A stretch of DNA of 64,000 bases. Source: Octopus sinensis (lineage: Eukaryota). Location of the stretch: NCBI RefSeq assembly GCF_006345805.1, contig NC_042998.1:111600001-111664000 (forward strand). The letters are read 5' to 3'. Below, piece after piece: positions 28,890 to 42,085 of the stretch. Within the stretch, counting starts at the first letter, position 1. The number at the start of each line of letters is the position of its first letter. The notes beneath the pieces were generated by a model. That model was not told where the DNA came from. It searched no databases and saw only the letters and a list, made by a program, of their open reading frames with translations. Position numbers and translations under genes: made by a program.

Positions 28890-29545
28890 TAATCAATTTA
28901 ACATGTTGTCAATTATATAAATCTACATATCTCCGGTGTTATCTCCACAAAGTCTGCATTGGTCGTCACATTTTACTGCTTTTCCTGCATCTTTGTCCCC
29001 TTTTGTTCATGAGGTACTTGGTTGATATTTCCTGTTCCTGGATTGCAAACGCATCCCCTTCAAAGTGGGAGGTAGTAATCCGATTGTTAGTCCATGATAG
29101 ACTGCTTTGATGCTCAATGTTACTATCATCTCAGAGCTTTCTAACATATACATAGTCTTCGGCTCATATACGTTCATCCTTTCATCTGATGATACATTGC
29201 GGTAGAGTCGTACGACGTCTTTGGGCATGTATTTAAGGTTATCAGACAAGGAATGTTATTCAAGGAGCTGCCTTCCAAGTCTTATGACGTTATCAGCCTC
29301 ATATATGCACTTCGGCTCTTGATGGTTAAAAGATGTTGCCGAAGGGATATGATACGACATTCAAAGACATTTTGGATCGATGTTATGCCTCTGCCGCCTT
29401 GCTTTTGTTTTAGGTAGAGCTGCTCTACGTTATTGTTTATGTGGAAATTATGTGTGCTAGTTAATATTTGGGGGGTTTTCACATCAGTGGCTCGGATCTC
29501 ATCAATCAAGCAGCCCAAATGTTGGTATGAGTACTGGCACTGCAA
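28890..29545 (-). mobile_element. RLE LINE family B internal fragment (RT thumb to CCHC)
   Basis: DVKTPQILT..FH..VEQLYLKQKQGGRG (29282-29545); 28930-29100 is the reverse complement of 16736-16880; (ATAC)-like repeat at the 5' junction. Confidence 0.8.
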
Positions 29546-30136
29546 CAGGCCACTGTTTTATTGAATGCAAAATGTATGTATGTTGAATGTATGTATGTTT
29601 GTATGCATGTATGCATGCATGTATGTATGTACGTATGTTTGTATCTACCCACATGATAGATACACATTTGTAATGTTTGTATCAATCCACATTACGATAG
29701 AATCGAATTGTGAGAATGACTGCTCAAAGCTGCATTTGGTGGGATGTTTGTTTTTTGTTTTGTTTTGTTTTGTTTTTGTTTTGTTTTTTATTAACAATGC
29801 TACAAATGGTTTCATGCGGGAGTTTTCATTTATTGAAGCGCTACACTTAATGTTGTTAATCGTACCCGTAGTGGATGAGACTACGTGAGATTACACGAGA
29901 TTATAGAAGACTTCAGAATTAGTTTGATTAGTAGACACAAAGATAAGATGAGGCAACTCATTTCGGAACTTCTATAATTATTAGTTCCTTTACATTGGAT
30001 TGAGGTTTTTCCAAGTATATGCGTACAGCACAGATTAATTGCATAACACGAAAACATTCACGCGTACCTGCATATATAAAATTTTTTTAATGTATATGAG
30101 AGCGAGAGAGAGAGAGAGTGTGTGTGTGCGTGTGTG

Positions 30137-30186
<50 letters not shown>

Positions 30187-30202
30187 GTGTGTGTGTGTGG
30201 TG

Positions 30203-30265
<63 letters not shown>

Positions 30266-31907
30266 ATACATACATATAAATAGATATATAATCCGACCTC
30301 ATTGTTCTCAACCAGTGGTAAAACTCCCTGATGACAGTTATTTCCTCGTGTTATTTATTCATCCATTTTTTTTCACACCTCCTTCTGCTTGCTTGCTTGA
30401 TCTATATATAAACATACATATTTTTCATTTACACCAACAGTAATTCAAATGATCTGTGCCTGTATTATTAATTATATAATACTTTATTCATTATTTATGT
30501 ATTTTCAATGTCCTTCGCTACTCATACTATTCATTGTCCTAAGTAACAAGCACCAACGACAATGGCAATAAAACTATAAAACGAACTAATTACATAAATC
30601 CAGCGTAACAGGATAATTATACACATCAAGTGTTATCGTTAACAGACTAATTACACACGTTCAGTATGATTGTTCTTTATTTTCCACATTTGGTGAGCAA
30701 TATATTTCAAGCCTACACCAGACATACCTGGAAGAAAGTGAAATCACTTCTCTATTAAATATTTGTTTCCATTTTCATAAAGATGGTGAAATTGATAACA
30801 TTTGCGATAAAAACTGATGCAAAACATATCTCGGTCGTTTGTTGCAGAACGGCGAAATAAATTAATCAAAGAAAACTTTAAACCGTTTCATCTACGGTGA
30901 ATTTTAAAACGTACTGATCAAAACGAATGCAGCACATCGCTACAAAACTCCAGAAGACACACCAGCGACAACAGCAGCAAGCCACTAACTGCTACGGCTA
31001 CTACAACCATCAAAAACTTCTAGGCGGCTGCTCAGCTATTTAGAAATGGTTGACAAATCGCCTTCAAATCACAATCTATAGATTTTTTTTGAAAAGGAAG
31101 TTGCACTGAAGTGTGGTAGTCCGTGATATACAGAAAGATTTGATGGTCACGATGAAACTCTTCTATCATAGATCTGCTCAAACGGGATGATTTATGGCTA
31201 AATGACAAGACACAGATTTTCAAAGCATCTCCCACCACCCGCTATATTAATGGTAATAAGCAAAGTCAACCAGCTCAACCATAAACACAACGAGCCAAAG
31301 AGGAAACATCTACGTAGTCACTCATTCTACTAGAAATAGTCGTCAAATCCCTCAAACAAGACAAAATTACCTTAGAAATAAAATCAGAAAATAAAGAAAA
31401 ATTAGATAATGTAAGTAGAGGGGTACTATGTCTGAATAAAGTATGGAACATTATGGATGAAATGTCTTTAGTCATAAGTCTAATTGACCAAGGCCAATTT
31501 GGAGTTAAATGCTAACAAAAACACGATTACTACTTGTAAAAATAGAATACCAGTATCAAAGATTGTAGAATAACGGATCGAGTGACAAACATCAACGACG
31601 GTCCGCTGACTTTTGCACTGAAGAAAGAAAAACAACACTTATCTCGCTGAAAGTTTTTAAATCATAAGATTATGTCAATAGAGTTGATCTCCTCGGGGGT
31701 TTTCTCCATTTTTCACTAAACAATGTTAGATCTTAAAGCATAAACACTTCGAGTGAAAATTGGACCATGCGATAAAAAGGGTTCAATAAAACTAAGCACT
31801 AGACTGAAATAGGAAGTGGGGTCAATGTGATAAACTAAAACCCTTAAACACCGTCTCCTCGCATGCCCGAAGTCCATTAAATGAAAACGTATGCATGCAT
31901 GTGTGTG

Positions 31908-31958
<51 letters not shown>

Positions 31959-32544
31959 TGTGTGTTTGTGTGCGCGCGTGTGTGTGTGTGTGTGTGTGTG
32001 GTATGCATAGTGCCATAAAGCACATAAGGTTTCCTCTTCGGATACAGTCTTCATGGCTAATGTTATAAAAAGTTATTCTTTGATATAACTACATTATATT
32101 TAGGAATAGCTGTTTTCAGTACTACCCATGAAGAACGTTAGTCCAAAGCGGCAACGTATGGACACCTCGTTCCTCTGGTATGTGATGTACAAGCCACCAG
32201 AAGCCATTTAAATATATCTCTTGGAAGCTTTTAATTGTAGATTACGCATACACATTGTCTAATACTATAGTTTCCACTTCAGAAGCATTAGAAAAAAGAA
32301 AGGCTTCATACATGCATTATGGAAATGTTGCTTACTTTGTCGGTCGCCGGTAAAATTTTTAGAAGTCCAGCCAATGAACATATCTTCTTTCGTTGAAGTA
32401 TATTTATGACGCCATCTAGTTGTTTAGCTATTTCTGTAAGTTAACATGGGGAATTTGCAGAGATTCTTTGTGTGTTCTTACCAAATTTTCGTAAATTTTC
32501 TCATTTAATATTGGTTTCAATTATACTGACGTCAATTCTCCTCT

Positions 32545-32894
32545 CGTACTTATTTTATCAGCCCCGAAAAAATGAAAGGCAAAGCTGACCTCGGCGGAAT
32601 TTGAACTCAGAATGTAAAGACAAACGGAAAGCTGCTAAGCATTTCACCCAGTGTGTTGATTCTGCCAGTTCGCTGCCTTATTTTCTCGTATATCGTTTTC
32701 AAATTTTGGCACAGGACCAGTAAATTCTGGGAAAGGGTTAAGTCAATTATCTTGGCCCCAGTGTTCAACTAGAACTTATTTTATCGACCCTGAAAGGATA
32801 AAAGACAAAGTCGACCCCGTCGGAATTTGAACTCAGACGAAATGTTGCTAAGCATTTGGCCCCGCGTGCTAATGATCCTACCAGCTCACCGCTT
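32545..32894 (-). mobile_element. Two tandem tRNA-derived SINEs, family S2 (32545-32679, 32697-32894)
   Basis: Both match the GGCGGCGAGCTGGCAGAATCGTTAGC..GAGTTCAAATTCCGCCGAGGTCGACTTTG family best seen at 61186. Confidence 0.85.
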
Positions 32895-33799
32895 TATTTT
32901 TTCATATAATATTGATGACTTTTAGTACAACTAATGTAATATACAAATTTCGATGTAAACATAAAAGTTATGCTCTCCATATACAAATCCTTAATTTTTA
33001 CAAGTACGATACATTCCCATCGATTTGTCATGCTTTGAAACAGAGTATTGCAACATATTACAATATTATGCACAAAACAAATGTGAAAGGAAAAACATAT
33101 ACTAATAACACTTTCTTCCTACATAAAATTCCAGTAACAACTACGGAAGCTTTATTAATTCTAAAATACGCATCAAAGATCACTGCACAGATTCAGCACA
33201 TGTGAAATAAATTATGTAACTAAGAGTAAACCCTATAACAATTTTAATCAAGTGATAATACTTTTAACAGTTACAGCATTATTCTCATAGCCCTTTGCTG
33301 TCATCTACAAAGCGCAGCAAGAAAAAGCCAATATTATCCTTCCATTCTGAGGGTGAGGTTGACAAGGTCATGGAATATTTATAGACCTAGAAACGTTATT
33401 GTTCCAAATTAGACATAAAAGATTAATGATAAAATATAACGCCTCTTAAATAAAAGAGATTAAACCCGGACGCAGTCGTGTTTTCTATATAACATATTTG
33501 ATAAAAATTAAAAAAGTATTCTCCATATATATACAAACATAAAACTTCGCTACGAAGCTGCGAAAACGAAAGGTGTATGTCAGAATTCTGGATAAGGCTG
33601 TTCGAGCATCAAATAGACAGACCTAGCAACGAAGGATATAAGGAAATTATTAATGAATTTTCCCCGGCAAAAAAGCAATATTGAAAAGCCAGTAGGCAAC
33701 ATATTTAATTCAGTTTTGGACAATGTTCAGATTTCGCTCTTATGTCGAATGAGGAATAATAATATATGACAGCCTAGTAGACTTTATAAGTGTAAGACA

Positions 33800-34560
33800 T
33801 TCTTATCTCCTCAAAAAGACAAATTTCACAGCACAATTTTAACCCTGATCAAATTACACTCCTCAATTTCGGTACAAACTTCTACCTTACAGAAAGATCA
33901 AAACACAAAGAAAAATGAAGTGAATTACTTTATCAGTCTCTTGAGACACGTAATGATAAAAATATATAATAAAAATTGACGACAAGCAACCAGAATGGTT
34001 CAGGTGGGAAAGCAATAAACAGATATAAAGAGAAAAAAACGTTCATATTAAGTATGTTAAACTAGATGAGCTGCGAGTGAAAAATAAAGATAAAGTTATA
34101 TGTAAAAGCGATATGAGAAAATTGTTTGTGATTGTGTACAATAATGTATACATTACAAAAATCGACAAACAGAAAATTTGTCAAAGTTACGAAAGATAAC
34201 GGCACACAACTAAAAATTAAATACAACATATTCAACAACTCATATAGCATATAAATATAACAAGAAAAACTTCAACAAACGCCCGTATATGCACGGAGAT
34301 ATAGCGTCTCCATAAAGATAAAATGTGTATTTGTCAAATCTCTTCTAAGTTTTTTAATTTTCATCCACCAAAGGAGCTTTAAATAAACAAACCTTAAGAG
34401 TTAAACAAACAGTTAATAACGGATACTCGAATATGTTGCTAGAGCAACTTAAAGAACAATGCAAGAGCAAAATACTCAAGTAGATTTAATATATAGAGCA
34501 TTCTTTGGAAACACAAAACCTATATGTGTAGCACACGGCCTGAAACGAATGTTATTACTC
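33800..34560 (+). mobile_element. Decayed Penelope-like ORF remnant (N-terminal and RT start)
   Basis: PDQITLLNFGTNFYLTE resembles the PLE LL..GLNF motif; downstream QTP..Y..K.. RT-start-like pieces; heavily disrupted. Confidence 0.4.
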
Positions 34561-34787
34561 CAAAATAAACATAAACGACTTGTAAGAAAATATGAAACAT
34601 TTTTAATAAAAAAAGATTAAACATGAGCAGAATTGTGTCTTCAAAATACGCTCACGCAGAGACACGCACACACATATGCACATACATACGTACATACGTA
34701 CATACATACATACATACATACATACATACATACATACATACATACATACACATATGATCATCATCAATTTCAGTAGTAGTAGCAGCA

Positions 34788-35031
34788 GTAGGGCGTGGAG
34801 TGACTGAATCGTTAGATCGTGAGAGACCAGGCATTGTATAGAATTTGGTCCGTTTCTTTGTATTCAGAGTTCAAAACAAAAAGACAAATGAAACTTGACT
34901 GGTAGTTATTTTATCGACCCCTTTTCATCCTTACGAAGTCGATAAAATAAGTACCAGTTGAGTACTGGGTTTAATATAATCGGCTATCCTCTTCCCCAAA
35001 AATTTCAGGCCTTGTGCCTATAGTAGAAAGG

Positions 35032-35035
<4 letters not shown>
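34788..35035 (+). mobile_element. SINE family S2, degenerate
   Basis: GTCGATAAAATAAGTACCAGTTGAGTACTGGG core; (ATT)n tail. Confidence 0.75.
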
Positions 35036-35098
<63 letters not shown>

Positions 35099-35147
35099 GA
35101 GTGAGAGAGCAGTGCATGTTATCAAAGTGACACTGGGGTAAAATATA

Positions 35148-35950
35148 TTACATTCGCTTACTATATGAATAACACTTTCCACTTTCGATTTGCATAGCCT
35201 ACATTGAGAATCTACTTGGTTTTTATTTATTTTGGCGTTTATCTAATTAGTCCTTAATGCTTGATCATGTGCTGCTACTAATAAACTTTCTATCTCCTTT
35301 TCCTTTTTGTAACCATAACCATGTCTCACTACTACTATTCCTGCAACTATCTTTGGGAACCTACCATGCAAAGCCTTCTCTTGCCAGTTAGATAACTTTT
35401 GTTCTTTTTTCTGGTTTTTATCTTCGTTTGTTTTGTTTTTTATTTCCATATATGTTTTGCTGTGACTCTAACAGCTCTTACTAAACTTTCTTCACTATTA
35501 CCTACTCTAGCTAACTCCACGCAGTATTCTACAGATATCAGCCCTCTTCTACCTTCTTTTCTAGATAAGCATAATCTTGCTTGAGTGAAGTCCTCCATTC
35601 ATATTGAAATCCTTCTTAGTTCTTCTGTCTAGCTTTGCTAATTCAATTTTTGTCCAATTTACAAAAGCTGCTGAGTATCTAAGTAAAGATTTACAAGATT
35701 CGGACCATTTAGCTTTGATTTTATTAGTGTTCTTACCCGTCTGATATACTCCTTCTCAATTTTCGTTTTCATTTCTATAGTTAGAACTCTGTCAGATTCT
35801 AATACTCCTAGATACTTATAACTCTCTCCTTCTTTTAATGATTTTAATGTCTGGCCATCTCGTAATTGGATGCTTTCACTGTTGACTACCTGACCCCTTT
35901 TCATGAATAATATTGCACACTTATCTATGCTAAATTCTATCTCATGTCTA
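35148..35950 (-). mobile_element. R4/Dong-like LINE fragment D1 (thumb to CCHC)
   Basis: SYKYLGVLE..EYIRRVRTLIKSKLNG; WQEKALHGRF..AAHDQALRTN; CRLCKSKVESVIHIVSEC. Confidence 0.85.
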
Positions 35951-35972
35951 TTATTGTTGTTGTTGTTATTGA

Positions 35973-36076
35973 AGGCGGTGTACTGGCAGAATCGTTAGCA
36001 CACCAGGTAAAATGCTTAACGCATTTCGTCCGTCTTTACGTTCTGAGTTCAAATTCCGACGAGGTTGAGTTTCCTT
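35973..36076 (+). mobile_element. SINE family S2, 5' part
   Basis: GGCGGTGTACTGGCAGAATCGTTAGCAC..GAGTTCAAATTCCGACGAGG. Confidence 0.85.
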
Positions 36077-36081
36077 AAAAG

Positions 36082-37480
36082 ATTCTGCAGTTAATATTGA
36101 CTTCTCCTGAGTTTATTTTTGTAATGTCTGTGTTGAGAATTAATGTCGTTTTCCAGTTCTTTGACGAGATGCAAAATTTCAGATTACTGGTGAAAATTTG
36201 CATGTCATCAGATATTCCTCCATTCAGTTGTGAAGAAGAAGACTATCAAAAGCCTTTTTAATATCTGTCTAGACCACTGAGAAATATTTTTCTTATTGAA
36301 ACGATTGTCAAGAATCATTTTGTTAATCAGCAGTTGATTCCTGCATCCATATGACCCATGTTTACAGCCTTTTTGTTCATTGGAGAATATACTATTAAGA
36401 AGGAAAGTATACGGGCATGCCATTAGGATAAATGTAAGAATCTTGTGTATTGATGAAAGGCATGTTGTGATTCTATAGTTCTTAAGGATATATATTTCAT
36501 CATTTTCGTGGATCAGAAAATAATTGACCAGCCATTCCGGTATTGTTTGTGGTTCCTTCATAATTAATTTTTAAAAAGTTGGCATTTTGTATGAATTCGT
36601 AAACAGGTCAAGCTAATAGTTTAAGATCTTATCCTTTCCACGTGACTTCCATTTACTGAACTTTTTCAATGTAAGTTTAGCATCCTCTATACTGATTTCT
36701 TCTCATATTTACTCTTCTCTAAACTCACTGTTGTATTTCTCTGTTAATCCATAGGGAATCACAGTATGTTCCTTTTCATTTTTCCAAGCTTCATTTCAGA
36801 ATTCAAGTATTTTTTTATCATATTTTAACTGCGTGAAGGGAAACTTTCCTTTAATACAAAGTGAAAGGAATTTTTGATCTATCATAGTTAGAAGAAAAGA
36901 TATGGGTGGCAGAGTTTCTTAAAACAGAATAGTATTTTTGATGGTGCTTTTCCCAATGTGCCTATTTTTTGATTTTTAAACATGCTGTTATCTTTGTAGA
37001 ATACTTGATTCTTTTTCTTACCCCGTTGGTCTTTTGTTAAGATTATTTTATTTTTCAATTTTACGCCAAACATTTTAGTGCAGATTGTAGCAGCAGCATA
37101 GAGTAATTAATTCAAGGAAGAGATGTCTAGTTCATTTTCATTCATTATGGATTTATTTTGTAATTCGTTTTACTGTTGCGGCTCTCAGGAAGGTCACTAT
37201 GTTCATTCATGACCATATTTTGGATATTGATCAATTCAGCAACTACCTACTCTTCAAATTCTGTCAGACCACTTGTCCTATCAATTCACTTGTCCCGTCA
37301 GGTGATTTCCCCTGTCAAATTACTTGTCCTGTCAGATCACGTGTTATTTATTTTCGATGAATTTTTGGTAGGCTCATTAGCATGTTCAACTGTAATGGTT
37401 TTATCTGCAGAGAAGTATTTAAGTTATTTCTCAAATATGATTGTGCAAATTTTCTTTTATTTGGTCATTTTCGACATTAC
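36082..37480 (-). mobile_element. R4/Dong-like LINE fragment D2 (N-terminal region to RT domain 4)
   Basis: LN*LLYAAA; KFSKWKS..KDKI; PEWL..KNYR..TCLSSIHKILT..EQKGC..GC..QLLINK (36208-36561). Confidence 0.8.
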
Positions 37481-37481
37481 C

Positions 37482-37526
<45 letters not shown>

Positions 37527-37770
37527 TTTGGTTTGGCTCAGGTTCAGCCTTATTCCTGGTAGAAGTTTTGTGGGTAGCGGGTTACTACCTGTAATCTTAG
37601 GAATCCACAAGTTTTCAGCAGTCTTTCAAGTATTTAGGACCCTCCTGATAATCCCTTCTGTCCCTAAGAAACAAACTTTCTGTAGGAGCTCTACCGAGCA
37701 TTCTATTTTAATCTCCATCAACCATTTGTCTATATCTTTGCTTTCTGTTACCAACGGACCAGACACAAAT
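37527..37770 (-). mobile_element. R4/Dong-like LINE 3' end D3 with (TGA)n tail
   Basis: KWLMEIKIECSVELLQKVCFLGTEGIIRRVLNT* plus UTR. Confidence 0.8.
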
Positions 37771-37787
37771 TTTATTATTATTATTAT

Positions 37788-38035
37788 TTTCCTTCTTTCT
37801 TCAAACTTTCTTCCGTTTCTCGCCGAGTGTTTTCCGTACACCTAGGGCAGAGAAACTCATTGTATGCATTCCCAGATTACACACGCAAATTCACAGGTAA
37901 AATATGTATTTAAAAATTAATAAATAAATGAATTCATGAATGGATGTTGTTTTCACAGCGATAATGCTCTTCTCAGTACATGATCCGTTCCAGTTAATAC
38001 GATTTTTTACACTTCCTGTAGGGATGGTAAGCCTG

Positions 38036-38037
<2 letters not shown>
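37788..38037 (-). mobile_element. R4/Dong-like LINE 3' end D4 (same family as D7)
   Basis: GLPSLQEV*KIVLTGTDHVLRRALSL*; UTR matches 40180-40260. Confidence 0.85.
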
Positions 38038-38107
<70 letters not shown>

Positions 38108-38181
38108 AAAATTAGCCAGAGCAAGTAAAATCGTGAGCTCCAACAAGTGAAGTGATGATGATAATAATAATTATTATTATT

Positions 38182-40134
38182 CAGTAGTTTTATTTTTATA
38201 GCGTGCTTTCACTTCACTATCGAGCGCAGCTCTGTGTGCCTTGGGTATGTGCTGTGATTTGTTGTGATGCTCTGATGGTTATTGTATGGAAAGTGTTCTG
38301 CGTAGGATGTGTGCAGTGCCTAGTAGTGCAATTTTCTGTATGTTATATGTGTTTGTAAGTCCTGGTGTTTTTGTTATGTATTTGTCTGAATATTTTTTTA
38401 TCATGCCTAATGCACCTACTATGATAGGAATTGTTTCTGTTTTCAGGTTTCACATTCTAGTTATCTCTATTTCCAGGTCTTTGTATTTTGAGAGTTTCTC
38501 CATTTCTTTTAGAGACACGTTGTCATCTGCCGGTATTGATACATCAATTAGAAAGCATTTTTTTTCTTCATGATCTCTGACAACTATATTTGGTCTGTTG
38601 GCCTTAATCTCTCTATCTGTGTGTATCGGCATATCCCAGAGTATGGTTGCTTTCTCGTTTTCTGTGACCTTTTCTGGTGTGTGCCTATACCATCTTTTTT
38701 CTGTTGTTATTCCATAATGTTGGCATAGCTTCCAATGTATGTAGGTTCCAACTCTGTCATGTCTGTGAATATATTCCTTCTTAGCCAGGACTGGGCAGCT
38801 AGAGATAATATGATTTATTGTTTCTTGTCCATCTCCACATATTCTGCAGTTACTTGTAATATTTCTTTTCATTACATGTTTTTGGTAATTTCTGGTGGGG
38901 AGGCTTTGGTCTTGTGCTGCAATCCCTCTGTTTCTGCTTTGAGTCCTGAGCTTCTCAACCATTGCTGGGATTTTTCTTTGTCTATTTCTTTTGCGTTTAG
39001 TTTAGTGCAGTATTTACCATGAAGGGGCTTTTCTTGCCATCGTTTTATCATGGCTCGTTGCTGTTCTATTTTTAGTTTGGATTTCATTTGTTTTATAGCT
39101 TTTGTTGTTTCTTCATCATCATCTTCTTCTTCTTTGTGTTTATTAGGTGGTATGATTTCTTGTTTGTATTTGTCAGCTTCCTTAAATACTGAGAACAGTT
39201 TTTTGTTTTGCTCGTGTTTTGCTGCTATCTGGATCAGTTTTCCTTCCTTCTGAAGTAGGTATTTTTGCAGTCCTATGGTGGTTATTTTATAGTAGTTTTC
39301 CAGCTGTATAAGGCCTCTACCACCTTCTATACGTTGTATATATAGTCTTTCTATGTCAGATTTTGGGTGATGCATCCTAGATCCTGTCAGTATCTTTCTT
39401 GTTTTCCTATCTATTTTGGACAGTTCATTTCGTGTCCAGTTAAGGATATTGTAGTTGTAACTTATAACTGGGACAGCTAAAGTGTTGATACCTATTATCT
39501 TGTTTTTAGCATTGAGCTCTGTTTTTAGTATTGATCTAACTCGTCTATAATATTCTTTTTTTATTTTCTCTTTCATTTGTGTGTGTTGTGTCTTATCTAG
39601 TTCATGGATTCCTAAGTATTTGTAAGTTTGGCTTTGGTCTAATTCTTTTATTTCATTGGTTTTATCTAGTGTGATGTTGTTACTCTTAACTAGTTTTCCT
39701 CTTTTCATGGTTACTTTGGCGCATTTTTCTAATCCAATTTCATATCTATTTCTTTGGTAAATCCATGAACTGTCTTTAATAGTGTTTCCAGCTGTTTGTC
39801 ATTTGCAGCGTATAGTTTTAGGTCATCCATATATAAAAGGTGGCTGATCGTTTTGCCGTAACATTTATATCCGCATCCAGTTCTATTTAGCATATCAGAT
39901 AGAGGTGACAGTGCCAAGCAGAAAAGGAGTGGAGAGAGTGTGTCTCCCTGGAATATTCCTCTTCTAATGGGGATGTCTTTGGTTTTCATGAGTCCCTCTT
40001 TTGTCTGGAGGTGTAGGACTGTTTGCCATTTATTCATAGAGTGCTCTGTGAATTTTATGATTGTTGGTGCTACTTTGTTAATGGCTAGTGTTTCGAGGAT
40101 CCATGTGTGGGGGATGCTATCAAACGCCTTTTTA
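38182..40134 (-). mobile_element. 5'-truncated R4/Dong-like LINE D6 (RT, CCHC, RLE)
   Basis: KAFDSIPH, RRGIFQGDTLSPLLF, YMDDLKLYA, CRICGDGQETINHIISSC..HDRV, RPNIVV..LIDVSIP..KYKDL. Lesions: frameshifts at ~39737 and ~38921, TGA for Trp at 38450; natural stop at 38279-38281. Confidence 0.97.
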
Positions 40135-40176
40135 TTTAATAATAATTATTATTATTGTTATTATTATTATTATTAC

Positions 40177-41829
40177 TTTTTTTTTTCTTCTTTCAAATTT
40201 TCTTCCATTTCTTGCCGAGTGTCTTCCCGACTCCTAGGGCAAAGAAACTCATAGTGTATATTGGTAAGCCATTAAACCAAACTCAGTAGTTCGTTCATTT
40301 TTCTTTTTTTTTTTTTTAAAGTTAAATTAAAATACATGAGCAGCAACAGTTCTCACATCGACAATGCTCTTCTCAATACGTGTGATGTACCAGTTAAGAC
40401 AATCTTTTGCACTTCTTGCAGGGATGGTAAGCCAGGGATCATTCTCATATAATTTTCGGTTCCCTTCTTGATCACTCCTAGTGCTCCTACGATCACTGGT
40501 ATTGTAACCGCCTTGAGATGACACATTTTCTCAATTTCAATGAGTAGGTCTTTATATTTTCTGAGCTTGTCAAACTCTTTCGCTGAGATATTATGATCAC
40601 AGGGGATGCTCATGTCGATCAATAAGCAAACTTTATTGTTTTGGTCTTTCACAACAATATCTGGTTTATTGGCCTTGATGGTTCGGTCTGTATGTACTGG
40701 AAAGTCCCACAGAATGGTTACATTTCCTCCTTCAGTTACAGCCTCAGGGTGGTGATTATACCACTTGTCGGCAGTTTTGATATTGTAATGCCGACTTATT
40801 AGCCAGTGGAGATATTGGCCAACTCTGTCATGTCTTAATTTATACTCCACTGGTGCTAAGACTTTACATCCAGAGATTAGGTGGTCCACTGTTTCAATCA
40901 TGTCGTTGCAGAATCGGCATTTTGGGTCTGCTCCATTTTTCATCACATTGGCCTGGTAGTTCCGGGTTAATAGGCTTTGGTCTTGAGCAGCCAGGATGAA
41001 ACCTTTGCTCTCTGCTTTTAGCCCTGAGCTCCGCAGCCACTGATGGGTTTGCTTCTGGTCAACATCAGCTTGTTTGCTGCGGGTCACATATTTGCCGTGC
41101 AGAGGTTTCTCCTCCCACCTATCAGCCAATTGCTCGTGCGCTTTTTTCATTGCCATCATTTTCACCTTCTTTGCAAAAATAGTTGCCGTACTTCCCTCGG
41201 TTGTTCAGTTTGGGTATCCTGCACGAGATCAATAGCAAATTTTTTGCTTTCCTTGATGATAGAATGAAGCTTCTTTCGTCTCTCGTGATTTTCCACGAGC
41301 TTTAGCATCCAGTCATTCGATATTTCGAGATATTTGGCCAGTCCAATTGTGGTTGTTTTGTAAGCTAGTTCAAATTGGATCAGGCCTCGACCTCTTTGGG
41401 CTCTGGGAAGGTAAAGGCGATCTACGTCTGCCTTTGGGTGGTGCATCCTATTACAACTCAGCAGCTTGCGTATTTTTCTATCTATATTCTTTACTTCACT
41501 CATATTCCAGTTCAACACATTGTAGCTATAAGTAACAACTGGAACTGCTAAGGAATTTATAGCTAACACCTTGTTACGTGCATTTAGTTCAGATTTCAGG
41601 ACTGCACGAACTCTCCTATAACATTCCTTCCTGATTTTCTCTTTCATGCTTGCATGCTGAATACCAGAGCCTTCATTTATCCCTAAATATTTGTATGTCT
41701 GTTCTTGCTCAAGCTCTCTTATGACTGTGTCAACATCTAACACGACTGAATTTGTGGTCTTCACTTTCCCTTTCTGGAAAGTGGCCTTGGCACACTTCTC
41801 AAGTCCAAACTCCATCCCGATGTCATCGC
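40177..41829 (-). mobile_element. 5'-truncated R4/Dong-like LINE D7 (thumb, CCHC, RLE)
   Basis: ORFs 41162..41932 and 40353..41165 join by one frameshift at ~41190; CRFC..HLISGC..HDRVG, NKPDIVV..LIDMSIP..KYKDL. Confidence 0.97.
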
Positions 41830-41841
41830 TTATTATTATTA

Positions 41842-41906
<65 letters not shown>

Positions 41907-41926
41907 GTCATCATCATTATTATCAT

Positions 41927-42085
41927 CTTCACTTCACATGTCGGAGCTCACGATTTTACTTGCTCTGGCTAATTTTGTAATAGAGGACAACAACCTATTG
42001 TCAAGGGTTTCACAGGGTCCTCTTTCTCGATACTTAACGTCCAAGTCTCAAAATCCTCGCTGTACCCAATGAAGCTGTTTTCTGG
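41927..42085 (-). mobile_element. R4/Dong-like LINE 3' end D8
   Basis: LGTARILR terminal motif, short UTR, (GAT/AAT)n tail. Confidence 0.7.

Noticed and set aside
30900-31500. Possible I/Jockey-type ORF1 remnant (..LDNVSRGVL..)
   Set aside because: One short motif only; no supporting domains.
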